Below are positions 27,283 through 35,194 of a stretch of 64,000 nt of DNA, one piece after another. The notes below the pieces were generated by a model. The model made no database searches. It was not told the origin of the DNA and saw only the letters and a program-made list of their open reading frames with translations. A program made the translations under genes and the position numbers. Source of the DNA: Polaromonas sp. (GTDB lineage Bacteria; Pseudomonadota; Gammaproteobacteria; Burkholderiales; Burkholderiaceae_C); assembly GCA_013298815.1 (NCBI GenBank), contig JAAFJF010000002.1, positions 2,191 through 66,190 on the forward strand, in the 5' to 3' direction. Within the stretch, counting starts at the first letter, position 1, and every line of letters begins with the position of its first letter.

Positions 27283-28191
27283 TTAAGTAGCATGAGTTTT
27301 AATATTTGAAGATACTTCTAGTATTGCATCATTCACAGTAGGATTAATGACATGCGAATCCAAATTTGCAGCTAATATTTTACAATTAATAATGAGATCA
27401 ATTACATCATCTCTATTAATGTTTACTTTTCCACCGTCTTTTTCGTAACCAGCACGATGTACGCAGTCATGCCTTTTAAGTACTGCCTGAAAAAGCCAAG
27501 AAATATTTCCAAAATCATAATTCAATACCGAAGTATACATGGGCTTTATTTTTTTTAAGTCATGAAAAATTAAACTTTTCAAATATATTTCAACTGTATT
27601 TTTTATTTGTGCACTCTCTTGATATATATCTTTCAAAGATAATTTTCTTTTACCAAATTCAGGATCAGTTTCTAATAATTTTTTAATTAAACTATCTGAG
27701 TTTGTCACTTCTCGTATAAATACTGAGGAAAGAAACTGTTCAGTTGCCGCGACAACATGCGCGTACAGCATTACTAATAAACTAAACTCTGTTTCAGAAT
27801 CTAGCTCCTGCATCAAAAGTTTATTTATACTAGAAACATGCTTTTTAAAAATTTCGAATTGCACTGTTGAAGGTGTTTCCCACTGAAATTCAGTTGAATC
27901 ACTTGTATCAAATATTTCAATTAACTCAATATCTGTATTATCTGGTAACCCTTCAATTTCACCATACCCACCGCCAAAACTAACATAAAGATTAATTTCA
28001 AATTCTTTATGACAGCTCTCGCAAACTGCTGAACCGTCTTGAATAACCTGACTGTCACGCGATTTTTCTGCCGAATAGTTAGGTTCAGGTACAAAAATTT
28101 TCTCACTCTTAACTGCTGCATTACATATGTCACAAGTAAACTTAACTGTCAATGACTTAATACCGAACGAACTAAAGCCAAAAGAACTCAA
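27283..28191 (-). CDS. zinc-ribbon + HEPN-like (R-x4-H) protein, candidate defence/abortive-infection effector
   Basis: 302 aa with a TTG start 7 nt after AAGGAG. It has two CxxC pairs (C20/C23 and C57/C60). The C-terminal helical half contains LYAH (aa 142-145) and KRHDCVHR (R240-x4-H245, nt 27457..27474). It is strongly AT-rich: my hand counts are 12/60 and 16/60 G+C in two lines, against 35/60 in a line of the next gene. Confidence 0.6.
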   Translation of the reverse strand: MSSFGFSSFGIKSLTVKFTCDICNAAVKSEKIFVPEPNYSAEKSRDSQVIQDGSAVCESCHKEFEINLYVSFGGGYGEIEGLPDNTDIELIEIFDTSDSTEFQWETPSTVQFEIFKKHVSSINKLLMQELDSETEFSLLVMLYAHVVAATEQFLSSVFIREVTNSDSLIKKLLETDPEFGKRKLSLKDIYQESAQIKNTVEIYLKSLIFHDLKKIKPMYTSVLNYDFGNISWLFQAVLKRHDCVHRAGYEKDGGKVNINRDDVIDLIINCKILAANLDSHVINPTVNDAILEVSSNIKTHAT

Positions 28192-28352
28192 AGTTTTCTC
28201 CTTTGCACAACTAGCATTTTAAATTTGTATCCGTCCAGCCATTCTAAACACTTGATTCAAGCTTAAACACCCTCCTTATATGTAAAAATTCATATAACAA
28301 ACGAACTACAAAGTATTTTGCAATCTAAAGACTTTCCCATAAAGTCACCCCC

Positions 28353-29144
28353 ATGCATGATTTAGCTTTTGTATTTGCGGGTTTCTTTGTTGGCTTTGTG
28401 GTCGGGTTGACTGGCGTGGGCGGCGGGTCGTTGATGACGCCTATTTTGATCTTCTTTTTTGGGATCAAGCCGCATTTAGCCATTGGGTCGGATTTGTTGT
28501 TTGCTTGCTTCACCAAGCTGGGCGGCACGGTGAAGATGGCGCGGTCTGGGTTGGTGAATTGGCGGATTGTGGCTACTTTGTGTGCGGGCAGTGTGCCGGC
28601 TTCACTGGCTACGCTGTGGGTTTTGCACCAAATGGGGCCGGCCGACCCTGCTGTACAAAAGGCCATGACGTCCACCTTGGGCATTGCGCTGGTGCTGACG
28701 GCTGCGGCCACGTTGTACAAAGCGATTCGCGGTAAAAATGCGCCGCGCGATATTGCGGCTGAAGATTTAAAAGCCGCCGCGGTGCCCCGCCACTGGAGCT
28801 TTCCAATTTTGTTTGGCGCGTTTATTGGCACGCTGGTAACGCTGACGTCTGTGGGTGCTGGCGCGATTGGCGTGACGGTTCTGATGTTGCTTTACCCCCG
28901 CCTGCCGCTGCCACGCATTGTGGCGGCTGACATTGCTTACGCTGTGCCGCTCACATTGGTGGCTGGCTTGGGGCACGCTGGGCTGGGTACTGTCGATTGG
29001 GCTTTGCTGGCTAAATTGCTGATAGGCTCTCTGCCTGGCATTTGGCTGGGCTCGCACATGGTGCTGAAAACGCCTGACCGCGCTATTCGCGGGGTGCTGT
29101 CGATTTTGCTGGCTTATGCGGGCATCAAATTACTTGCTCTGTGA
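28353..29144 (+). CDS. TauE/SafE family sulfite/anion exporter-like membrane protein (DUF81)
   Basis: 263 aa. FAGFFVGFVVGLTGVGGGSLMTPILIFFFG and a second internal repeat LTSVGAGAIGVTVLMLLY give the typical duplicated 4-TM architecture. Confidence 0.8.
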   Translation: MHDLAFVFAGFFVGFVVGLTGVGGGSLMTPILIFFFGIKPHLAIGSDLLFACFTKLGGTVKMARSGLVNWRIVATLCAGSVPASLATLWVLHQMGPADPAVQKAMTSTLGIALVLTAAATLYKAIRGKNAPRDIAAEDLKAAAVPRHWSFPILFGAFIGTLVTLTSVGAGAIGVTVLMLLYPRLPLPRIVAADIAYAVPLTLVAGLGHAGLGTVDWALLAKLLIGSLPGIWLGSHMVLKTPDRAIRGVLSILLAYAGIKLLAL

Positions 29145-29220
29145 TCTATTAGCTTTGATTCATTAGCTTCCATTCGTTTTTCGTTCTTCCTTTCCCTTTT
29201 CAGTTATTCCCATAATAAAA

Positions 29221-31032
29221 ATGTACCAATACACCGAATTCGACAAAAACTTCGTCAAGTTACGCGCCGCACAGCACCGCGACCAATTGGAGCGCAACAT
29301 CGCTGGCACGCTCAGCGACGAAGAATTCCGCCCACTGCGGCTGCAAAACGGCTGGTATGTGCAGCGTTACGCGCCTATGTTGCGCGTGGCCGTGCCGTAT
29401 GGCGAGATCTCGGCGGACCAATTGCGCGTCATGGGCCGCATCGCGCGCGAGTTTGACCAGCCTAGCAAGGCCGTGTTTGACAAAGCCATTGGCACGCAAG
29501 CCACTTGGGGCACAACGCATTTACCGGTCGGCTACGGCCATTTCACCACCCGCCAAAACGTGCAGTTCAACTGGATTCCGCTGACCGACAGCGCGGACGT
29601 GATGGATTTGCTCGCGACCGTCAACATGCACGGCATCCAGACCAGCGGCAACTGCATCCGCAACATCACCACCGACGAGCTGGCCGGTGTGGCGGCGGAC
29701 GAGATTGCCGACCCACGCCCGTTTGCCGAAATTTTGCGCCAATGGAGCACGCTGCACCCCGAGTTTGCGTTTTTGCCGCGCAAGTTCAAAATCGCCATCA
29801 CTGGCGCGACGGACGACCGCGCGGCCGTGCGCTGGCACGATGTAGGCTTGTATTTGATCAAGAACGACAAAGGTGAACTCGGTTTCCGCGTGCTCGTGGG
29901 CGGTGGCATGGGGCGTACACCCGTCATCGGCACCGAGATCCGCGCGTTTTTGCCGTGGAACCAGATCATGAACTTCCTGGAAGCTGTGGTTCGCGTGTAC
30001 AACCGCTGGGGCCGCCGCGACAACATCTACAAGGCGCGTATCAAGATTTTGGTCAAAGCCGAAGGCCAGCGCTACATCGACGAGGTGGAAGCCGAGTACC
30101 AAAACATCCTGACGCAAGACGGCGCACCGCACACCATCACGCAGGCCGAGCTGGACCGCGTGACGGCCTGTTTTGTGCCGCCAAAATTAGCTGCAGTCTC
30201 TGAAACCAAGGCCACCACCGTGCCGCCAGAGCGCCAAAAAGACTACGACCGCTGGTTGCAGCAAAACGTCGCCGCGCACAAAAACCCGAAACTACGCGCT
30301 GTGACCCTGTCGTTCAAACGCCTGGGCCAAGCCCCTGGCGATGCGGATGCTGACCAGTTGGACACCGCAGCCGCCTTTGCCGACCAGTTCTCCGCCGGTG
30401 AAGCCCGCGTCACGCATGACCAAAACTTGTTGCTGCCGTGGGTGCGCGTTGAAGACCTGCCGGCCCTGTGGGTCGCGGCCAGCCACGCCGGTTTGGCGCG
30501 CTCCAACATTCGTCTGCTCACCGACATGATCGCCTGCCCGGGCGGCGACTTTTGCGCGCTAGCGAACGCCCGCTCCATCCCGATTGCGGCGCAGATCACC
30601 GAGCGCTACCAGGACATGGACGAGCTGCACGACCTGGGTGAGATCGACCTGCACATCAGCGGCTGCATCAACTCCTGCGGCCACCACCACAGCGGTCACA
30701 TCGGCATTTTGGGGGTGGATAAGGACGGTAAAGAGTGGTATCAAGTGTCCTTGGGCGGCTCGGACGGCTCGGCTTTGAGCGGCGACGCCGTGGCCGGCAA
30801 GGTCGTCGGTCCGTCTTTTGGCGCTTTGGAAGTGCCGGGCGTGATTGAGGCGCTGCTGGACACCTTCCGCCTGAACCGCCTAGGGAATGAGACCTTCATA
30901 GACGCCTTCAAACGCGTCGGCATGGAGCCGTTCAAAGCAGCAGCCAACGCTGCCCGTTTGGCCGATAAGCACGAAGAATTGCATTCCCTACCCAAAGTCG
31001 GCGGCTATGCCAAAGATGGGCAAGAGGCTTGA
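29221..31032 (+). CDS. cysI: sulfite reductase hemoprotein (siroheme/[4Fe-4S]), CysI-like
   Basis: 603 aa from the nitrite/sulfite reductase family. Supporting motifs are RLQNGWYVQRY, TTRQNVQFNWI, the cluster and siroheme cysteines ACPGGDFCALA and SGCINSCGHHH. Confidence 0.85.
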   Translation: MYQYTEFDKNFVKLRAAQHRDQLERNIAGTLSDEEFRPLRLQNGWYVQRYAPMLRVAVPYGEISADQLRVMGRIAREFDQPSKAVFDKAIGTQATWGTTHLPVGYGHFTTRQNVQFNWIPLTDSADVMDLLATVNMHGIQTSGNCIRNITTDELAGVAADEIADPRPFAEILRQWSTLHPEFAFLPRKFKIAITGATDDRAAVRWHDVGLYLIKNDKGELGFRVLVGGGMGRTPVIGTEIRAFLPWNQIMNFLEAVVRVYNRWGRRDNIYKARIKILVKAEGQRYIDEVEAEYQNILTQDGAPHTITQAELDRVTACFVPPKLAAVSETKATTVPPERQKDYDRWLQQNVAAHKNPKLRAVTLSFKRLGQAPGDADADQLDTAAAFADQFSAGEARVTHDQNLLLPWVRVEDLPALWVAASHAGLARSNIRLLTDMIACPGGDFCALANARSIPIAAQITERYQDMDELHDLGEIDLHISGCINSCGHHHSGHIGILGVDKDGKEWYQVSLGGSDGSALSGDAVAGKVVGPSFGALEVPGVIEALLDTFRLNRLGNETFIDAFKRVGMEPFKAAANAARLADKHEELHSLPKVGGYAKDGQEA

Positions 31033-31044
31033 AGAACAACTTAT

Positions 31045-31110
31045 TAGATTAAAAATACTATGAAATTAATAGCTGCTCAGGCAACAAATACGCCGGCTAC
31101 AGCCGAAAAT
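31045..31110 (+). repeat. dispersed intergenic repeat, copy 6 (overlaps start of DUF934 ORF)
   Basis: It reads AAAAATACTATGAAATTAATAGCTGCTCAGGCAACAAATACGCCGGCTACAGCCGAAAATG. Confidence 0.8.
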
Positions 31111-31470
31111 GGCACTGAAAATGGTGTTTTGTTCATTGCCAACGACGCCAACCCGCTGGAAAGCAACTTGGCAGGCATCAAAACCATCGTCCTGAACTTC
31201 CCCAAGTTCACCGACGGCCGCGCCTTCACCCAGGCCGTCATGCTTCGCAAACGTGCTGGTTTCACAGGCGAGATTCGCGCGACGGGCGATGTACTGGTCG
31301 ACCAGTTGCAGCAAATGGCACGCAGTGGTTTTGACGTAGCTGAGTTGCGGGCGGACCAGGATTTGGCCGCTGGACAGCGCCAGTTGGACCGTTACTCCGA
31401 GTTTTACCAAGCTGACGTGGTGCAAAAAGCACCGCATTTTGCTAACAATGCTTCAAAGGTAGCAGCATGA
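31060..31470 (+). CDS. DUF934 domain protein (commonly follows cysI in betaproteobacteria)
   Basis: 136 aa. The core is VLNFPKFTDGRAFTQAVMLRKRAGFTGEIRATGDVLVDQLQQMARSGFD. The first 15 or so codons are formed by a copy of the dispersed repeat. Its stop overlaps the cysH start by 4 nt. Confidence 0.7.
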   Translation: MKLIAAQATNTPATAENGTENGVLFIANDANPLESNLAGIKTIVLNFPKFTDGRAFTQAVMLRKRAGFTGEIRATGDVLVDQLQQMARSGFDVAELRADQDLAAGQRQLDRYSEFYQADVVQKAPHFANNASKVAA

Positions 31471-32234
31471 GCGCCATAGATTTAAACGCCCGCGCATCCG
31501 CCACGTTTGCAGCCAAACTGACTGAAACCGAGGCGCTGCTGCGCCAAGCCGCCACCGCCCACGCCGGCAAAATCACCCAAGCCAACAGCCTGGGCGCTGA
31601 AGACGTGGTGATTGCGCATTTGGTTATGTCTTTGAAGGTTGATATTCCTGCCTTTGTGCTGGAAACTGGCCGTTTGAACCCTGAGACGCTGGCCTTGATG
31701 GACAAAATGAAGGCCGAGCTGGGTGACAAGTTCACGATTTTTACGCCCAACAACGAAGCCGTCATCCAGTTCGTCGCCAAAGAAGGCTTGGACCCGATGT
31801 ACAAAAGCATTGAGCTGCGCAAAGCCTGCTGCAATATCCGCAAAATGGAGCCTTTAGACCGTGCGTTGGCGGGTAAAACGGCTTGGGTCACCGGTTTGCG
31901 CCGCGAGCAATCAGGCGCGCGCGCCGAGGTGCCACTGCTGGACGAGGCTGATTTGGCCACCAAAGGCCGCGTCAAATTCAACCCGCTGGCGAATTGGACT
32001 TGGGGCGATGTCTGGCATTACATACAATTGCACCAGGTGGCCTACAACCCGCTGCACGATCAGTTTTTCCCCAGCATTGGTTGCGCGCCCTGCACCCGCG
32101 CCATCAGTTTAGGAGAAGACTTCCGCGCTGGGCGCTGGTGGTGGGAGGCGAATTTGGAAGGTGGGGCGGCGAAGGAATGTGGCTTGCATGTGTCGGTGGA
32201 TACTGAGGTTGCAGAGGTTTCTGCGCTGAGATGA
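31467..32234 (+). CDS. cysH: adenylylsulfate/phosphoadenylylsulfate reductase, thioredoxin-dependent, Fe-S cluster type
   Basis: 255 aa. It has the PAPS_reduct fold (NSLGAEDVVIAHL), a CC pair (KACCNIRK), CxxC (SIGCAPCTRA) and the C-terminal ECGLH. The four Cys pattern suggests the APS-preferring [4Fe-4S] subtype. Confidence 0.85.
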   Translation: MSAIDLNARASATFAAKLTETEALLRQAATAHAGKITQANSLGAEDVVIAHLVMSLKVDIPAFVLETGRLNPETLALMDKMKAELGDKFTIFTPNNEAVIQFVAKEGLDPMYKSIELRKACCNIRKMEPLDRALAGKTAWVTGLRREQSGARAEVPLLDEADLATKGRVKFNPLANWTWGDVWHYIQLHQVAYNPLHDQFFPSIGCAPCTRAISLGEDFRAGRWWWEANLEGGAAKECGLHVSVDTEVAEVSALR

Positions 32235-32245
32235 CTGCTTAAATT

Positions 32246-32339
32246 CCCCTTCAATTTGAAGGGGTGGCGCGTAGCGACGGGGTAGTTGCGACGCCAGAAA
32301 ACTACCCCGCCCTTTGGGCACCCCTTCGCCACGAAGGGG
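32246..32339 (+). promoter_or_regulatory. three consecutive stem-loops in the cysH-cysD spacer
   Basis: The hairpins are CCCCTTCAA/TTGAAGGGG (32246..32264), GGGGTAGTT-N12-AACTACCCC (32279..32308) and CCCCTTCG-CCA-CGAAGGGG (32321..32339). The last one contains the likely Shine-Dalgarno sequence of cysD. Confidence 0.5.
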
Positions 32340-32340
32340 A

Positions 32341-33357
32341 ATGAATACTGAAAACGAATTTATGAACGCTAGAACTGAAGAATTATCGAACAAGCCAACC
32401 GCCAAGCATTTGACCGATTTGCACCTCACCAACGTGCATCTCAGCAACGCCCACTTGGACGCGCTGGAAGAGGAAACCATCTTCATCCTGCGCGAAGTCG
32501 CCGCCACCTTTGAGCGCCCGACCCTGCTGTTTTCGGGCGGCAAAGACTCGTTGGTTCTGCTCAAATGTGCTGAAAAAGCCTTTTTGGGCAACCACGGCAA
32601 CGCTAAAACAGGCAAGATTCCGTATCCATTGCTGATGATTGACACCGGTCACAACTTCCATGAAGTGACCGATTTCCGCGACTTTCGTGCGGCGGAATTA
32701 GGCGCTGAATTGATTGTTCGCAGTGTCGAAGACTCCATGAAACGCGGCACAGTGCGTTTGGCGCATCCGGGCGAATCGCGCAACGTGCACCAATCTGTCA
32801 CCTTGCTGGAGTCGATTGACGAATTCCGCTTTGACGCGCTGATTGGCGGCGCGCGCCGTGACGAAGAAAAAGCCCGCGCCAAGGAGCGTATTTTCAGCCA
32901 CCGCGACAGCTTTGGCCAGTGGCAACCGAAGGCGCAGCGGCCGGAATTGTGGAATTTGTTCAACACCAAGCTGCAGCCGGGCGAGCATTTCCGCGTCTTC
33001 CCGATCAGCAACTGGACCGAGCTGGACGTTTGGCAGTACATCGAACGCGAACAGATTGCGTTGCCGTCGCTGTATTACACCCATCAGCGCGAAGTGGTGG
33101 AGCGCAAAGGCTTGCTCGTCCCTGTGACCGAACTGACGCCGCTCAAAGCCGGTGAAACCTCCGAGCTGCGTGACGTGCGCTTTCGTACCGTGGGTGACAT
33201 CACCTGCACCTGCCCGGTCGAAAGCCTGGCCGCGAACGCTGCCGATGTGGTGATTGAAACTCTGGCGGCAGACATGAGCGAGCGCGGCGCAACGCGGATG
33301 GATGACAAAACCAGTGAAGCGTCGATGGAAAAGCGCAAAAAGGATGGCTATTTCTGA
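32341..33357 (+). CDS. cysD: sulfate adenylyltransferase subunit 2
   Basis: The track ORF starts at 32314. I prefer ATG 32341, directly after GAAGGGGA. Supporting motifs are LLFSGGKDSLVLL, IDTGHNFHEV, GGARRDEEKARAKERIFS and WTELDVWQYI. Confidence 0.9.
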   Translation: MNTENEFMNARTEELSNKPTAKHLTDLHLTNVHLSNAHLDALEEETIFILREVAATFERPTLLFSGGKDSLVLLKCAEKAFLGNHGNAKTGKIPYPLLMIDTGHNFHEVTDFRDFRAAELGAELIVRSVEDSMKRGTVRLAHPGESRNVHQSVTLLESIDEFRFDALIGGARRDEEKARAKERIFSHRDSFGQWQPKAQRPELWNLFNTKLQPGEHFRVFPISNWTELDVWQYIEREQIALPSLYYTHQREVVERKGLLVPVTELTPLKAGETSELRDVRFRTVGDITCTCPVESLAANAADVVIETLAADMSERGATRMDDKTSEASMEKRKKDGYF

Positions 33358-33367
33358 TGAGCTGTGG

Positions 33368-33387
33368 ATTCCCGCCTTCGCGGGAAT
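33368..33387. repeat. hairpin ATTCCCGC-CTTC-GCGGGAAT
   Basis: Read directly, 10 nt after the cysD stop. It has the form ATTCCC-N8-GGGAAT. Confidence 0.6.
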
Positions 33388-33413
33388 GACGGAACTTCCT
33401 TAATAACTAAAAA

Positions 33414-33468
33414 CACTATAAATTTAATAGCTACTCAGGCAATCAATACGCCGGCTAGAGTGCTAAAT
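33414..33468 (+). repeat. dispersed intergenic repeat, copy 7 (abuts cysN start)
   Basis: It reads ACACTATAAATTTAATAGCTACTCAGGCAATCAATACGCCGGCTAGAGTGCTAAATG. Confidence 0.85.
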
Positions 33469-34783
33469 GACACCTAAAACCATGACTACAGCTACTATTT
33501 CACCGCCAAACGCCCAATCTGCCCAGCATGACACTGAAGGTGCCTTGAAATTCATCACCTGCGGCAGCGTGGACGATGGCAAAAGCACACTGATCGGCCG
33601 ACTGCTGGTTGACACCAAAGCCGTGCTGCAAGACCACTTGGCCGGTGTGCAGCGCTCGGGTGAGACCGATTTGGCATTGTTGACCGACGGACTCTCCGCC
33701 GAGCGCGAGCAAGGCATCACCATCGACGTGGCCTACCGCTATTTCGCCACCGAAAACCGCAAATTCATCATCGGCGACGCACCCGGCCACGAGCAGTACA
33801 CCCGCAACATGGTGACCGCCGCCTCCAGCGCGGACGCTGCCGTCGTGTTGGTCGATGCCAGCAAGCTGGATTGGAAAAACCCCGCCTTGGAACTGTTGCC
33901 GCAAACCCGCCGCCACAGCCTGCTAACCTCTTTGCTGCGCGTGCGTTCCATCGTTTTTACCGTCAACAAGCTGGATGCAGTTGACAATGCCGAGTTGGCT
34001 TTTGCCAATATCAGCGCCGCCTTGAGCAAATTTGCCACTGCAGCCGACATCACCGTCGCCGCCGTGGTGCCGATTTCCGCCCTCAAAGGCTGGAACGTTG
34101 TCGATGCCAAACCGGGTTGGGCACTGTACAGCGGGCCGAGTTTGTTGCAGATTTTGGAATCTTTGCCGACAACCGCTGCTGAAACCGAGCAGCCATTTGC
34201 CTTCCCAGTGCAGTGGGTCGAAAAATTCTCGTCCAGCGCCGACACATCCCAAGGTCGCCGCGTGTTTTGGGGTCGCGTCGCCACGGGCAGCGTGAGCGTG
34301 GGTCAACAAATCACGATTCTGCCAAGTGGCCAAACCGCCACCGTGGCGCAGGTGCTGGACCGCGCCCGCCGCCCTGGCAGCGTGGATGCCAGCCAGAGTG
34401 CAGGCATTGTTTTAGACCGCGAAGTGGACGTGTCGCGTGGCGACTGGTTGCTGGCGGTGGATACGTTCACCCCTAGCCGCGAAATTAAAGCCACCATCGC
34501 TTGGTTGGACGACGAGCCGCTGATCGCTGGTCGCGCCTACTGGGCATTGCATGGGCACCGCTGGGTGAAGGCCAAAATCAAGCGTGTCGTGCATAAATTG
34601 GATATCAATACTTTGGCTGAATTGGAAGCAACACAGCTGGACCCGAACGCCATTGGCCATGTTGAAATTAGCCTGCAAGAGCCGATTGCCGCTGTGCCGT
34701 ACAAGCTGTCTCGCGGCATGGGTTCGCTGGTGTTGGTCGATACGGCCAGCCATAAAACCTCTGGCGCTGTACTGATATCCTAA
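33467..34783 (+). CDS. cysN: sulfate adenylyltransferase subunit 1 (GTPase)
   Basis: 438 aa. G-motifs are CGSVDDGKSTLIGRLL, DAPGHEQY and VNKLD. There is no fused APS kinase domain. Confidence 0.9.
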   Translation: MTPKTMTTATISPPNAQSAQHDTEGALKFITCGSVDDGKSTLIGRLLVDTKAVLQDHLAGVQRSGETDLALLTDGLSAEREQGITIDVAYRYFATENRKFIIGDAPGHEQYTRNMVTAASSADAAVVLVDASKLDWKNPALELLPQTRRHSLLTSLLRVRSIVFTVNKLDAVDNAELAFANISAALSKFATAADITVAAVVPISALKGWNVVDAKPGWALYSGPSLLQILESLPTTAAETEQPFAFPVQWVEKFSSSADTSQGRRVFWGRVATGSVSVGQQITILPSGQTATVAQVLDRARRPGSVDASQSAGIVLDREVDVSRGDWLLAVDTFTPSREIKATIAWLDDEPLIAGRAYWALHGHRWVKAKIKRVVHKLDINTLAELEATQLDPNAIGHVEISLQEPIAAVPYKLSRGMGSLVLVDTASHKTSGAVLIS

Positions 34784-34853
34784 TTTCACTGCCTGAATCT
34801 CGTAAAATCATAGACTTAGCTAAACAAAGTTACATTTTCTCTCTGAGCACACC

Positions 34854-35183
34854 ATGACCCATATCGTTTCTGAATCCTGTATCAAATGCAAATACACCGA
34901 CTGTGTGGACGTGTGCCCGGTTGACTGCTTCCGCGAAGGCCCGAACATGCTGGTCATCGACCCTGATGAATGCATCGACTGCGCCGTATGCATCCCTGAA
35001 TGCCCTGTCAATGCCATCTACGCGGAAGAAGATGTGCCAGCAGACCAGCTCGCGTTCATCAAATTGAACGTCGAATTGGCGCGTGCCGAAGGCTGGAAGA
35101 GCATCACCAAGCGCAAGCCAGCGCTGCCGGACGCAGACAACTGGAAAGACGTGAAAAGCAAGATTGGTATGTTGGTTCGCTGA
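34854..35183 (+). CDS. fdxA: 7Fe ferredoxin (Azotobacter FdxA type)
   Basis: 109 aa. [55 protein letters not shown] shows the classic [3Fe-4S][4Fe-4S] cysteine spacing. Confidence 0.9.
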   Translation: MTHIVSESCIKCKYTDCVDVCPVDCFREGPNMLVIDPDECIDCAVCIPECPVNAIYAEEDVPADQLAFIKLNVELARAEGWKSITKRKPALPDADNWKDVKSKIGMLVR

Positions 35184-35194
35184 TAAATCCCGCT

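Noticed and set aside
35000-35194. N-terminal extension of the ferredoxin-NADP reductase ORF (track start 35000).
   Set aside because: The extension overlaps fdxA out of frame and encodes Arg-rich nonsense. The FAD-binding N-terminus starts at the ATG at 35195, 11 nt after the fdxA stop.
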